64,000 bases of DNA from Candidatus Poribacteria bacterium (lineage in GTDB: Bacteria > Poribacteria > WGA-4E > WGA-3G): positions 1,024,001 to 1,088,000 of the forward strand of contig CBDANF010000003.1 in NCBI GenBank assembly GCA_965197475.1. The letters are read 5' to 3'. The number at the start of each line of letters is the position of its first letter. The stretch's first letter is position 1. Below, piece after piece: positions 19,591 through 28,685 of the stretch. The notes beneath the pieces were generated by a model. It was not told the origin of the DNA. It did no database searches and saw only the letters and a program-made list of their open reading frames with translations. The translations under genes and the position numbers were made by a program.

Positions 19591-19835
19591 TATTATCACA
19601 TAACGTTTATACGGTCAGATGTTGACCACAAATGTTGCAAGGTGAAACCAAAGGTGAGGCAAAAAAAAAGAAAATCACGTCCTAATCCTTGTACTGCTTG
19701 GCATTAGCACGTCCGTGGGACGTGCAAAACGTCCTAATTGAACACACAATATTGAAAAGTGTTGATATCTTTGACAATACACATCTTTACGTGCTTAATG
19801 ACAAAAACTTTACACACCCGCATTTTATATCTGAT

Positions 19836-19864
19836 TTGACAAACCCATCCTTCTATGATATTAT
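19836..19864 (+). promoter_or_regulatory. tyrS promoter
   Basis: TTGACA-17-TATTAT. Confidence 0.65.
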
Positions 19865-19903
19865 TAATAGCGGTAGAAAAATTCTTGGAAGGAACAATTT
19901 CCC

Positions 19904-21151
19904 ATGTCGAATGTCTTTGAAACGCTACAAGAACGCGGGTTCGTTCAACAGTGTACAAATGAAGAAAATATCTCCCGTTTGCTGTCTGGGAATCAGATAA
20001 TTTATTACATAGGGTTTGATCCAACAGCGGACAGCCTTCATGCAGGAAGCCTTGTGCCAATTATGGCGATGGCGCATTTGCAACGCGCGGGACATAAACC
20101 AATTGCAATTATCGGTGGTGGCACCACGATGATCGGCGACCCAACTGATAAAACAGAAATGCGTCCGATGATTTCTGCGGAGCAAGTAGAAAAAAATGGT
20201 GCAAGCATCCTCAAACAATTGCAACGTTACCTTGATTTAGATAATACAGCAGGACTATTTCTGAATAACGCTGAATGGTTACTTTCCCTGAATTATATCG
20301 AATTTCTTCGCGATATCGGTAAGCATTTTCGTGTCAATGAGATGATCCGCGTTGAGGGGTATCGGCAACGGCTTGAGCGTGAAATGGGACTCTCATTCCT
20401 TGAGTTTAATTACCAGTTGCTACAAGCGTACGATTACTTGTGCCTTTTCCAAAAATACGATTGTGTTCTCCAACTCGGTGGTGATGACCAGTGGGGAAAC
20501 ATCTTAGCTGGTGTTGATCTGGTGCGCCGAATAGAAGGCGAACGTGTTTATGGCCTGACTTTTCCACTACTCACAACAGCCGGTGGTGCAAAGATGGGGA
20601 AAACTGCGGATGGTGCTGTATGGCTTGATCCCAATCGAACATCCCCTTACGAATTTTACCAGTACTGGATTAACACTGATGACTGCGATGTTGAGCGGTT
20701 TTTGGCATATTTTACCTTTTTACCGATGGACGAGGTGCAGCGACTCGGCAGTTTAGAGCATGATGAGATACGGGAAGCAAAAGCAGTACTCGCATACGAA
20801 GCGACTAAACTTGCACACGGAAAAATTGAGGCAGACAAAGCACAAGAAACATCACGCGCTGCATTCGGCGGCAGCGGACTTGACCTTGATGCAATGCCGA
20901 CTACTGCTATCTCTACAGACCGACTTAACGCAGGTATCTCTATTATGGAGTTGTTTCATGAAGTTGGACTGACCACTTCAAAAAGCGAAGCGCGCCGCCT
21001 AATTCAACAGGGCGGGGCATATATAAATGAGAAGCAGTATAAGACTATAGATGTTATCGTTGGTACCGATCTGTTAGAAGAAGATACATTACTCCTCCGT
21101 GCTGGCAAAAAACGTTACCATCGTGTTGTGATTGAGGAAGTGAAAGAATAA
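19904..21151 (+). CDS. tyrS: Tyrosine--tRNA ligase
   Basis: YIGFDPTADSLHAGS, QLGGDDQWGNI, KMGKT, C-terminal S4 domain. Confidence 0.98.
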   Translation: MSNVFETLQERGFVQQCTNEENISRLLSGNQIIYYIGFDPTADSLHAGSLVPIMAMAHLQRAGHKPIAIIGGGTTMIGDPTDKTEMRPMISAEQVEKNGASILKQLQRYLDLDNTAGLFLNNAEWLLSLNYIEFLRDIGKHFRVNEMIRVEGYRQRLEREMGLSFLEFNYQLLQAYDYLCLFQKYDCVLQLGGDDQWGNILAGVDLVRRIEGERVYGLTFPLLTTAGGAKMGKTADGAVWLDPNRTSPYEFYQYWINTDDCDVERFLAYFTFLPMDEVQRLGSLEHDEIREAKAVLAYEATKLAHGKIEADKAQETSRAAFGGSGLDLDAMPTTAISTDRLNAGISIMELFHEVGLTTSKSEARRLIQQGGAYINEKQYKTIDVIVGTDLLEEDTLLLRAGKKRYHRVVIEEVKE

Positions 21152-21170
21152 TTTAGAGGAAGGAATTTTC

Positions 21171-22364
21171 ATGAAAACCGTCTTGAAAAAAGTCATAACG
21201 AGTCGAATTGTTATTTTAGCATTGATTAGCTGCCTGCTATTTATCGGATGCATGAGAGTTATTGACCAAATCACAGAAGAAAAAATTGATACTGACACGC
21301 AAGCAGAATTTGGTCCTGTCGCAGGAAATTCTCGCGTGCCATACACTCACCCGCCATTTCCTGAACCCTCGCTTGAAAAACTTGTTGTGGAACTAAAAGC
21401 GGAACTTGGTGTTCAAAATGGTGATATCCCTGTAGACGATGCTGCCATTGCAAGTGCACTTTATGATGCAAACTACCTGTTTTATACAGTAAACCTCCTG
21501 GGTGATCGTTTCACTTCTAAAGATATCGACGCATGGATAAAATATGGAGTTCACCCTTGGATAGAACGAAAAAAACGTGTCATTGCGAATCCCGAATTGC
21601 TTTGGACACCTGGCTTTATCCTACCACCTCATATTTCACTTCCTAACGATAGCACGGGGTATCCCTTAGGCAAGTTATATGACTACCGTGTTGAATATGG
21701 TGTTGATTTTCCAGTTTCAGAGGAACAGAAAAAAAGGATTTCTGCGATTCGAGATGAAATCCGTGCTAAAGAGAGTGCTGGGACGTTGACAGCGGAAGAG
21801 AGGAGACAACTCCTGAGAAAATCGCAATTAATTAATGTAGAACAAGCTGATGCGCTTACCGCCGCAAAATTTTTTCTGCAAGGAGTTAGTTTAAGCAGTA
21901 CAGGGTTGATTAGATTAGAGCTCTGTCGTGAATACGCTGAGCGCGCAATTCAAGAAAATCCTGATTCTGTAGAGGCACTCCACATCTGGGTGCTTTGTCA
22001 AGAAACAGTTGGACAACGTGAAACTGGATACCGCCGCATGCTTGACGAGTTCCCGAACTCTGCCATCGCGCATAGAGGACTTGCCTTACTCCTCTGTTTT
22101 GATTTATCACGCCCTGAGGAAGCACTTAACCATATCCAGAAAGCTATTCAACTTGACAGCCGCATTCTGCGCTATAATTATCTGCTGGCGAAATGTTATG
22201 GGAGAACCGGTGAATACGAAAAAGCACTGGCGGTTTACCAAGGTTTACCTATAATAATTGAGGCACAGATTCCCTATATCTCTGATTCTTTTATTAAATA
22301 CAGTGGAAAGGTTTACCAACTAAGGATGCAAAATAAAAATGGAAATACCATCACCTCTGAATAG
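21171..22364 (+). CDS. TPR-containing lipoprotein
   Basis: Lipobox LLFIGC; C-terminal TPR-like helices (ALNHIQKAIQLD, LAKCYGRTGEYEKAL). Confidence 0.7.
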   Translation: MKTVLKKVITSRIVILALISCLLFIGCMRVIDQITEEKIDTDTQAEFGPVAGNSRVPYTHPPFPEPSLEKLVVELKAELGVQNGDIPVDDAAIASALYDANYLFYTVNLLGDRFTSKDIDAWIKYGVHPWIERKKRVIANPELLWTPGFILPPHISLPNDSTGYPLGKLYDYRVEYGVDFPVSEEQKKRISAIRDEIRAKESAGTLTAEERRQLLRKSQLINVEQADALTAAKFFLQGVSLSSTGLIRLELCREYAERAIQENPDSVEALHIWVLCQETVGQRETGYRRMLDEFPNSAIAHRGLALLLCFDLSRPEEALNHIQKAIQLDSRILRYNYLLAKCYGRTGEYEKALAVYQGLPIIIEAQIPYISDSFIKYSGKVYQLRMQNKNGNTITSE

Positions 22365-22636
22365 TAAGGGTTAGTTCCTCTGTCAATGTCAAGTATTGGG
22401 AGGATGGAAACGCATGTTTATAATGCGGAATGCTCACCAATTCTGTGTAAATCCGATAAGAAGTACAAGTTTCTATTGTCAAATCTAAAAAATATTGTCA
22501 AAAAATTTGACATAATCTTATAAAGTGTGTTATCATATTAAAAATATTTTTAATTTTTTAAACGTTTTGTTGTGAACAACGTAATTATAATGTAGGAAGA
22601 AAAGTTGGCAACTAAGGAATTTCAGGAACTATTGTG

Positions 22637-22786
22637 ATGCAGAAGCTTGAACACACTACTACCTTTACAGTACTGATGAGTGGAACACAGCCCGCTCTAT
22701 CATTTTTACGGGGAGATATTTTTGACCTTTGGGCGTTATTTACGCTCGGGTTGTACCCGTTTTTGTACTACGGCGGTAGGTGGTGA
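22637..22786 (+). CDS. Attenuator leader peptide (Leu/Phe/Tyr/Trp-rich)
   Basis: MQKLEHTTTFTVLMSGTQPALSFLRGDIFDLWALFTLGLYPFLYYGGRW*, AGGA RBS, upstream of aroF-leuA. Confidence 0.8.
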   Translation: MQKLEHTTTFTVLMSGTQPALSFLRGDIFDLWALFTLGLYPFLYYGGRW

Positions 22787-22875
22787 TAGTATGTAAGCAC
22801 TTATGAAAATGTATTAACCGATCTCATTCATCACCACCCAGCGTCGAGTATAATTCGATGTTGGGTTATTTTTTT
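22771..22875 (+). terminator. Attenuator: antiterminator and intrinsic terminator
   Basis: Terminator stem 22836-22847/22855-22866 followed by tattttttt; alternative pairing 22771-22787 with 22830-22846 (15/17 pairs). Confidence 0.85.
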
Positions 22876-22920
22876 ACTCATCATCAACATTGACTTGAAC
22901 AGAGTTATTGTCGGAGGAAA

Positions 22921-23946
22921 TTGAAAAACATGGTAATCCTTACCAAAATGGATGCAACACCCGATCAGATTGACGCAATAGTCAATAGGATTGAAGGTGT
23001 GGGGTTGAAAGCACAGATTTCAACTGGGGAGCAACGCACCGTCATCGGTGTTATAGGAGATAAAACATTGCTTGGCGACATTCCGATGGACTCAATGTCA
23101 GGCGTTGAAAGAACGATGCCGATCACTGCGCCATATAAATTAGCAAGCCGCCAGTTTCGAGAAGAACCCACAATCATCGCAGTCAACGACACGAAGATTG
23201 GTGGGCGAAAGTTAGCGGTTATGGCGGGACCGTGTGCAGTCGAGAGTACTGAACAGATTGTAACTATTGCGAAACAGGTGAAAAAAGCGGGAGCAGGTTT
23301 TATTAGAGGTGGTGCTTTTAAGCCTCGTACAGGTCCCTATAGTTTCCAAGGTTTCGGATTAGACGCACTAAAAATGCTGGTCACGGCAAAAGAAGAAACA
23401 GGCTTGGGCATTGTCACAGAAGTAATGACTCCCAATGAAGTTGATCTGGTTGGGGAACACACGGATGTCTTTCAACTTGGCACACGGAATATGACAAACT
23501 TCTATCTGTTGCGTGAAGTGGGTCGTGCAGGCAAACCAGTTATTCTTAAACGTGGGATGGCTTCAACAATTGAGGAGTGGTTGCTTGCTGCGGAATATAT
23601 TCTTTCTGAAGGAAATCCTGATGTGATTCTCTGTGAGCGCGGAATTCGCACCTTTGAAACCCACACGCGTAACACACTTGATCTTAATGCTGTTCCTGTT
23701 GTTCATGGATTAAGCCATCTGCCTATTGTCGTTGATCCGAGCCATGGTACTGGCATCCGAAGCCTTGTGAGCGATATGACAAAAGCATCCGTTGCCGCTG
23801 GCGCAGACGGACTTTTACTGGAAGTTCATCATGACCCAGATAATTCAATGACAGGTGATGGTGCACAGTCACTGTTTCCTGATCAATTTGATACACTGAT
23901 GCAAGAATTAAAACCGATTGCTATTGCTGTTGGTCGTGAAATATAA
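22921..23946 (+). CDS. aroF: DAHP synthase type I-beta with N-terminal regulatory domain
   Basis: [39 protein letters not shown]; start may be ATG 22930. Confidence 0.96.
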   Translation: MKNMVILTKMDATPDQIDAIVNRIEGVGLKAQISTGEQRTVIGVIGDKTLLGDIPMDSMSGVERTMPITAPYKLASRQFREEPTIIAVNDTKIGGRKLAVMAGPCAVESTEQIVTIAKQVKKAGAGFIRGGAFKPRTGPYSFQGFGLDALKMLVTAKEETGLGIVTEVMTPNEVDLVGEHTDVFQLGTRNMTNFYLLREVGRAGKPVILKRGMASTIEEWLLAAEYILSEGNPDVILCERGIRTFETHTRNTLDLNAVPVVHGLSHLPIVVDPSHGTGIRSLVSDMTKASVAAGADGLLLEVHHDPDNSMTGDGAQSLFPDQFDTLMQELKPIAIAVGREI

Positions 23947-24032
23947 GCAAAGAACTATTTAAAAATTTTGTTGTAAGGGACTAAATAATTTGCCCTGACA
24001 ACGATTGGGTAACCCTTTTGGAGGACACAACC

Positions 24033-25601
24033 GTGGACGATTTTGAATCTAACCAAGAAAAGGTCTATATTTTTGATACAACACTCCGTGATGCTGAACA
24101 AACGCCTGGTGCTGCGCTTGGCATTGGAGAAAAATTAGAGATTGCCAAACACCTTGCGAAACTAAATGTTGATGTCATTGAAGCGGGCTTCCCAATTTCG
24201 TCACCGGGTGATTTTGATGCTGTTCAACGGATAGCCCACGAGGTTAAGGGGCCCGAAATTTGCGCGCTTTCACGCGTTGTTGAAAAGGATATTACAGCGG
24301 CATGGAAAGCGATTCAGGATGCCCCTCGTGCTCGAATCCATACCTTTGTCGGTACATCTACAATCCACATGGAGCGTATTACTCGTACAACCCCTGAAAG
24401 AACATTGGAAATGGCTGTTGATGCGGTTGCTTATGCAAAAAGTTTATGTGCTGATCATCCTAATGCTACCGTTGAGTTTTCTCCGATGGACGCGGGTCGT
24501 ACAGAATTAGCATACCTTTACGAAGTGGTTGAAGCGACTATCGCAGCGGGTGCAAACGTAGTCAATATCCCAGAAACTGTTGGATGGACGGTACCTGCCG
24601 AATTTGGTAACCTCATTGCAGGCATCAAGGCGAATGTCGCGAATATTGATGATGCCGTTATTAGTGTTCACTGTCATAACGATTTGGGGTTAGCAGTAGC
24701 AAACAGTCTCATTGCGATTGAGCAGGGGGCGCGACAGGTTGAGTGTACTATCAATGGTCTTGGTGAACGCGCAGGTAACACCTCTCTTGAAGAGGTTGTG
24801 ATGGCGATCCGAACACGGCGCGATTACTTTAAAGGGTATTACACCGAGATAAATGCCAAAGAGATTGTTCCTATCAGCAGACGTGTGAGTAGGACTATGG
24901 GTATTCCGGTGCAACCGAATAAGGCTATTGTCGGTGAAAATGCTTTTGCACACAGTTCGGGGATACATCAGGATGGCATTATTAAGTCACGCGTAACCTT
25001 TGAAATCATTGATCCGAAAGAGATTGGATGGAAAGAGAGTCAACTAAAAGAGAGTCAACTAATTCTCAGTCCACGTTCTGGACGGAACGCCTTGCGGCAT
25101 CGTCTGAGTGAACTCGGATATGAGTTGGATAAGGAGCAGTTAGAGAAGGTTTACGAAAGATTCCTACGCGTTGCGGATAAGAAAAAAGCTGTTCATGATG
25201 CCGATCTTGAGGCGATTATGGCCGATGAAATCCGTGCAGTTCCTACTACCTTTGAACTTGACTACATTCAGGTTGTCAGTGGGACGAAGATTTCATCAAC
25301 AACCACTGTGGGTATCCAAACAGAAGAAGGGTTAGTTGAAAATGCCTCCACTGGCGATGGCCCTGTTGACGCAGCCTTTAAGGCGATCAATCAGATTGTC
25401 AAAATCAAACTGAATTTAATCGATTATCAGATTCGTTCTGTGACAGAAGGCGAAGATGCCATCGGTGAGGTGACTTTAAAGGTCCAAGATAATGGGCACA
25501 TCATCACAGGAAACGGTGCGAGCACTGACATCATTGAAGCGAGTGCTAAGGCATATATCCATGCTGTCAATAAACTGATTCATCTCCGCGCAGAAGGATA
25601 G
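24033..25601 (+). CDS. leuA: 2-isopropylmalate synthase
   Basis: FDTTLRDAEQ, SVHCHNDLGLA, NGLGERAGN, HSSGIHQDG, C-terminal regulatory GDGPVDA; GGAGG before GTG 24033. Confidence 0.95.
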   Translation: MDDFESNQEKVYIFDTTLRDAEQTPGAALGIGEKLEIAKHLAKLNVDVIEAGFPISSPGDFDAVQRIAHEVKGPEICALSRVVEKDITAAWKAIQDAPRARIHTFVGTSTIHMERITRTTPERTLEMAVDAVAYAKSLCADHPNATVEFSPMDAGRTELAYLYEVVEATIAAGANVVNIPETVGWTVPAEFGNLIAGIKANVANIDDAVISVHCHNDLGLAVANSLIAIEQGARQVECTINGLGERAGNTSLEEVVMAIRTRRDYFKGYYTEINAKEIVPISRRVSRTMGIPVQPNKAIVGENAFAHSSGIHQDGIIKSRVTFEIIDPKEIGWKESQLKESQLILSPRSGRNALRHRLSELGYELDKEQLEKVYERFLRVADKKKAVHDADLEAIMADEIRAVPTTFELDYIQVVSGTKISSTTTVGIQTEEGLVENASTGDGPVDAAFKAINQIVKIKLNLIDYQIRSVTEGEDAIGEVTLKVQDNGHIITGNGASTDIIEASAKAYIHAVNKLIHLRAEG

Positions 25602-25675
25602 TATCCATAGCAAATTGGGTTCACCACTATTGAAAAGCGATTTTCAAGCAGGGCATGTCCTGTGTCCGCATAATG

Positions 25676-26662
25676 TCAACCTTCCTTTACGATCAAAAGT
25701 TCATGAGATCGCTTGACATGTCCTGTTCCATTTTCAATCCGATTCTTACCGATGCGAGTTTCACCCTGTCCTAAAGTGTACTGCCATTGGACCTCAAGAA
25801 TCCGAAAGTCAGCGTACCACTGCCGGATAGTCTTGCAATCGTTATACGAAAGGACGAAACCCTCTTTGTGCTCATGAAGCAGGTCGCGTAGCAATTCGTG
25901 GTTGAAGCCTTTGTGGTGAACGGGAAAATTCCGTTGCGGATAGATGCCACGGAACATTTCCCCTTCATCAAGATAATAGGGCGGGTCGCAATACAGAAAG
26001 TTATCTGAATGGATTGGAAGGGTGTCCTCAAATCTTCCGGGATAAACAGACAAGTCAGGACACCTGAAATTACGTACAGTTTGCAACGTTCGAATATATC
26101 TCTCTGGCGATTCATAAATCTTTGACATCCAGCCAAGAAAACCGGGACCATAAGAGAGATTGTGATTAAACCAATAATGTGCTGCTAATGCTAACGGATC
26201 AGGAATTAGCGTTTCACCATTCCAATGCGCTTTGAGCCGACTTTTAATCTCTGTATATTGGGTTTTTATAGGCTGCCACTGTTCAAGTCGTTCGGCAAGC
26301 GCACTACCCGATGAAAGTTGTACCTGCCAATAGTTTACGAGGATATCAAAGATGTCGTAAGCACAAACTTGTATGCCGAGTTCTTTCGCACAAGCAATTT
26401 CAACCGCACCTCCCCCCATAAACGGGGATACGAGTTTTTCCAGTCCATCCGGAAATTGCCCTACAATATGCCCAACCCCAAGACTTTTTCCACCAGCATA
26501 TCGTAGCGGCAACCCTCTATAACGTGCATATTTGTACTTGCCCCGACTTCTGAGGGAATCTAAAAATAAGGCTTTTGAAGATGTCCCAAAAAGGTCTGGT
26601 TGTGTTTCTGTTATCTTCCTTTCTTGCTGTGTCCCAAAAAGGTGAGAATCGGTTTTCGCCAT
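25676..26662 (-). CDS. DNA adenine methyltransferase (Dam/D12 class)
   Basis: LRYAGGKS, PFMGGG (motif I), YCDPPY (motif IV), FVLSYND. Confidence 0.9.
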   Translation of the reverse strand: MAKTDSHLFGTQQERKITETQPDLFGTSSKALFLDSLRSRGKYKYARYRGLPLRYAGGKSLGVGHIVGQFPDGLEKLVSPFMGGGAVEIACAKELGIQVCAYDIFDILVNYWQVQLSSGSALAERLEQWQPIKTQYTEIKSRLKAHWNGETLIPDPLALAAHYWFNHNLSYGPGFLGWMSKIYESPERYIRTLQTVRNFRCPDLSVYPGRFEDTLPIHSDNFLYCDPPYYLDEGEMFRGIYPQRNFPVHHKGFNHELLRDLLHEHKEGFVLSYNDCKTIRQWYADFRILEVQWQYTLGQGETRIGKNRIENGTGHVKRSHELLIVKEG

Positions 26663-26752
26663 TATATCCTATTGGTGCATACATGGATTGCATTCAACGA
26701 TGTATTTCACATCTAATTAGTTTGAATCTCGGTTCTACATATAAACCGATTC

Positions 26753-28240
26753 CTACCAATCTTCGACCAATTGCACTAACAACCGCACACCGTAGCCGGA
26801 TGCCCCTTCAGGAATATACGTAGACCCTTTCATTCCCCAAGCAGTGCCAGCAATGTCAAGATGAACCCACGGGTATCCCTCAGCGAACTTTTTCAAAAAC
26901 GCAGCACCTGCAATCGTTCCTGCAGTGCCATCCCCAATATTCTGCACATCGGCGATCTTGCTTTTGACACCATCATCATAATCATCCCAAAGCGGCAATT
27001 CCCAGACGCGTTCATGCGTTTTATCAGCGGCTTTCTTCACTTTTTCCATAAGAACGTCATCGGTTCCCAATGCACCGGCCGCGACATGTCCAAGGCAGGT
27101 AATCACTGCACCGGTGAGCGTAGCTAAATCGATAACACCTTTGGGCTCATACTGTGCTGTCCATCCAAGTGCATCAGCTAAAATTAATCTTCCTTCCGCA
27201 TCAGTATTGAGAATCTCAATTGTTTTTTCACCATAGGAGGTCACAACGTCCCCGGGTTTAATTGCGGTTGAACCCGGCATGTTCTCGGTTGTTGCAATAA
27301 TGCCGATGACGCGCACATTCGGTTTAAGGTGTCCGATAACTTGCATTGCACCTATAACTGCTGCAGCACCTGACATATCGTGTTTCATTTCATGCATGCC
27401 GCCTCCAGATTTAAGTGAGATTCCACCTGTATCAAAAGTAATCCCCTTTCCAACGAGAGCGACCGTATCTTGTCCTTCACCTTCAGGAGTGTATTCCAAA
27501 ATGATAAACCGCGGGTCTTCGGCACTGCCTTGCGCAACGGCTAACAAGGTGCGAAAACCTTTTTCCTCAAGCGTCGGCTTGTCAAAAACTGTGCAGTTGA
27601 GTCCCACCGCTGCTGCTACTTCTTCTGCTTTTTCAGCGAGTTGTGTCGGTGTGAGGTGATTTCCGGGCTGGTTGCTGAGATCGCGAGCGAGAATGGTCCC
27701 GTTAGCTATCGTTTGTCCGCGTTCAACAATACGTTCTATCAACGACTTTTCTGCTTCACTACCCACCAGAAAGAACATTGATTCAAGGGTTTTATTTTCG
27801 TCTTCACTATCGTCGTTTTGGGTTTTGTGCTGCTTGAACTCATAGAGCGAGAGTAGACTCGCTTCAACAGCTGCCTGTGCCCAATCGTCTTGTGTTTCGG
27901 GGGGAATGGGGACTGTGATAGATTTTAGTCCCATATCGCGGGTTTGGCGTGCAGTGTAGCCTGCAACCTGACGCACTTGTTCGGCGTTGAGTTTCTCATA
28001 TAACCCAAGTCCTACCAAGATGATCCGTGGCGACGTTATTGCACCGTTTGTATAAAGCACGCTGGTAGTCTTCGGTTTACCTTTGAAGTCTCCGAGATTC
28101 AAAAACGCTTGTATGCGTCCATCTAAAGCTGCATCAGCGGCTAAGAGTAGCTCATTATGGAAGTCATTTTCAAGCATAGGGATAAGCACTGCATCGGTTT
28201 CTGCTTGGCGAAAATCACCAGTTTCAACAGTAATGTTCAT
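26753..28240 (-). CDS. pepA: Leucyl aminopeptidase (M17)
   Basis: VGKGITFDTGG, MKHDMSG, NTDAEGRL, HLDIAG. Confidence 0.97.
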   Translation of the reverse strand: MNITVETGDFRQAETDAVLIPMLENDFHNELLLAADAALDGRIQAFLNLGDFKGKPKTTSVLYTNGAITSPRIILVGLGLYEKLNAEQVRQVAGYTARQTRDMGLKSITVPIPPETQDDWAQAAVEASLLSLYEFKQHKTQNDDSEDENKTLESMFFLVGSEAEKSLIERIVERGQTIANGTILARDLSNQPGNHLTPTQLAEKAEEVAAAVGLNCTVFDKPTLEEKGFRTLLAVAQGSAEDPRFIILEYTPEGEGQDTVALVGKGITFDTGGISLKSGGGMHEMKHDMSGAAAVIGAMQVIGHLKPNVRVIGIIATTENMPGSTAIKPGDVVTSYGEKTIEILNTDAEGRLILADALGWTAQYEPKGVIDLATLTGAVITCLGHVAAGALGTDDVLMEKVKKAADKTHERVWELPLWDDYDDGVKSKIADVQNIGDGTAGTIAGAAFLKKFAEGYPWVHLDIAGTAWGMKGSTYIPEGASGYGVRLLVQLVEDW

Positions 28241-28364
28241 AAATGATGTTCCTTTCTATTTAGTTCTCGGCAAGAATAGTTCTTGCTTTGGGTTGGCGTA
28301 AGCGGGTTGATTTTAAGATTTGGTCTCTTCTGGCTGCTGATAACTGACAGCAGACCGCAGACTG

Positions 28365-28673
28365 CTATTGAGGTTTTCGCATTCCTGTCAAAACGACGAG
28401 GGGTTCCGTGCTGGTGACGGTAATTGAATGGTAGGTATTCGCTGGAACATCAACGCGGTCGCCCCGTTTGACAGTGTCATGTGCATCTGCAACTTTCACA
28501 TCGGCTGTGCCAGATAGCACGCAAACGACTTCATCTTGAGTATGAATGTAATCAAGGTAAGCACCACCGGGACGACCTGTCCACTGATATGCGTCAAAAC
28601 CCTCGGATTGTAACTCCTCTTTTAAGACATCAACATCATCATTCTGCTCTAACCAACATGATTTCCATTTCAT
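28365..28673 (-). CDS. Cupin-domain protein
   Basis: HTQDE..LSG..GDRVDVPANTYH cupin motifs. Confidence 0.8.
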   Translation of the reverse strand: MKWKSCWLEQNDDVDVLKEELQSEGFDAYQWTGRPGGAYLDYIHTQDEVVCVLSGTADVKVADAHDTVKRGDRVDVPANTYHSITVTSTEPLVVLTGMRKPQ

Positions 28674-28685
28674 TAGATATTCTCC

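Noticed and set aside
19600-19900. Possible T-box riboswitch before tyrS
   Set aside because: No GGTGGxACC T-box sequence or U-tailed terminator; tyrS has its own proximal promoter.
28330-28365. Degenerate 7-mer run (gctgata actgaca gcagacc gcagact)
   Set aside because: Too short and degenerate to assign; probably a common intergenic repeat.
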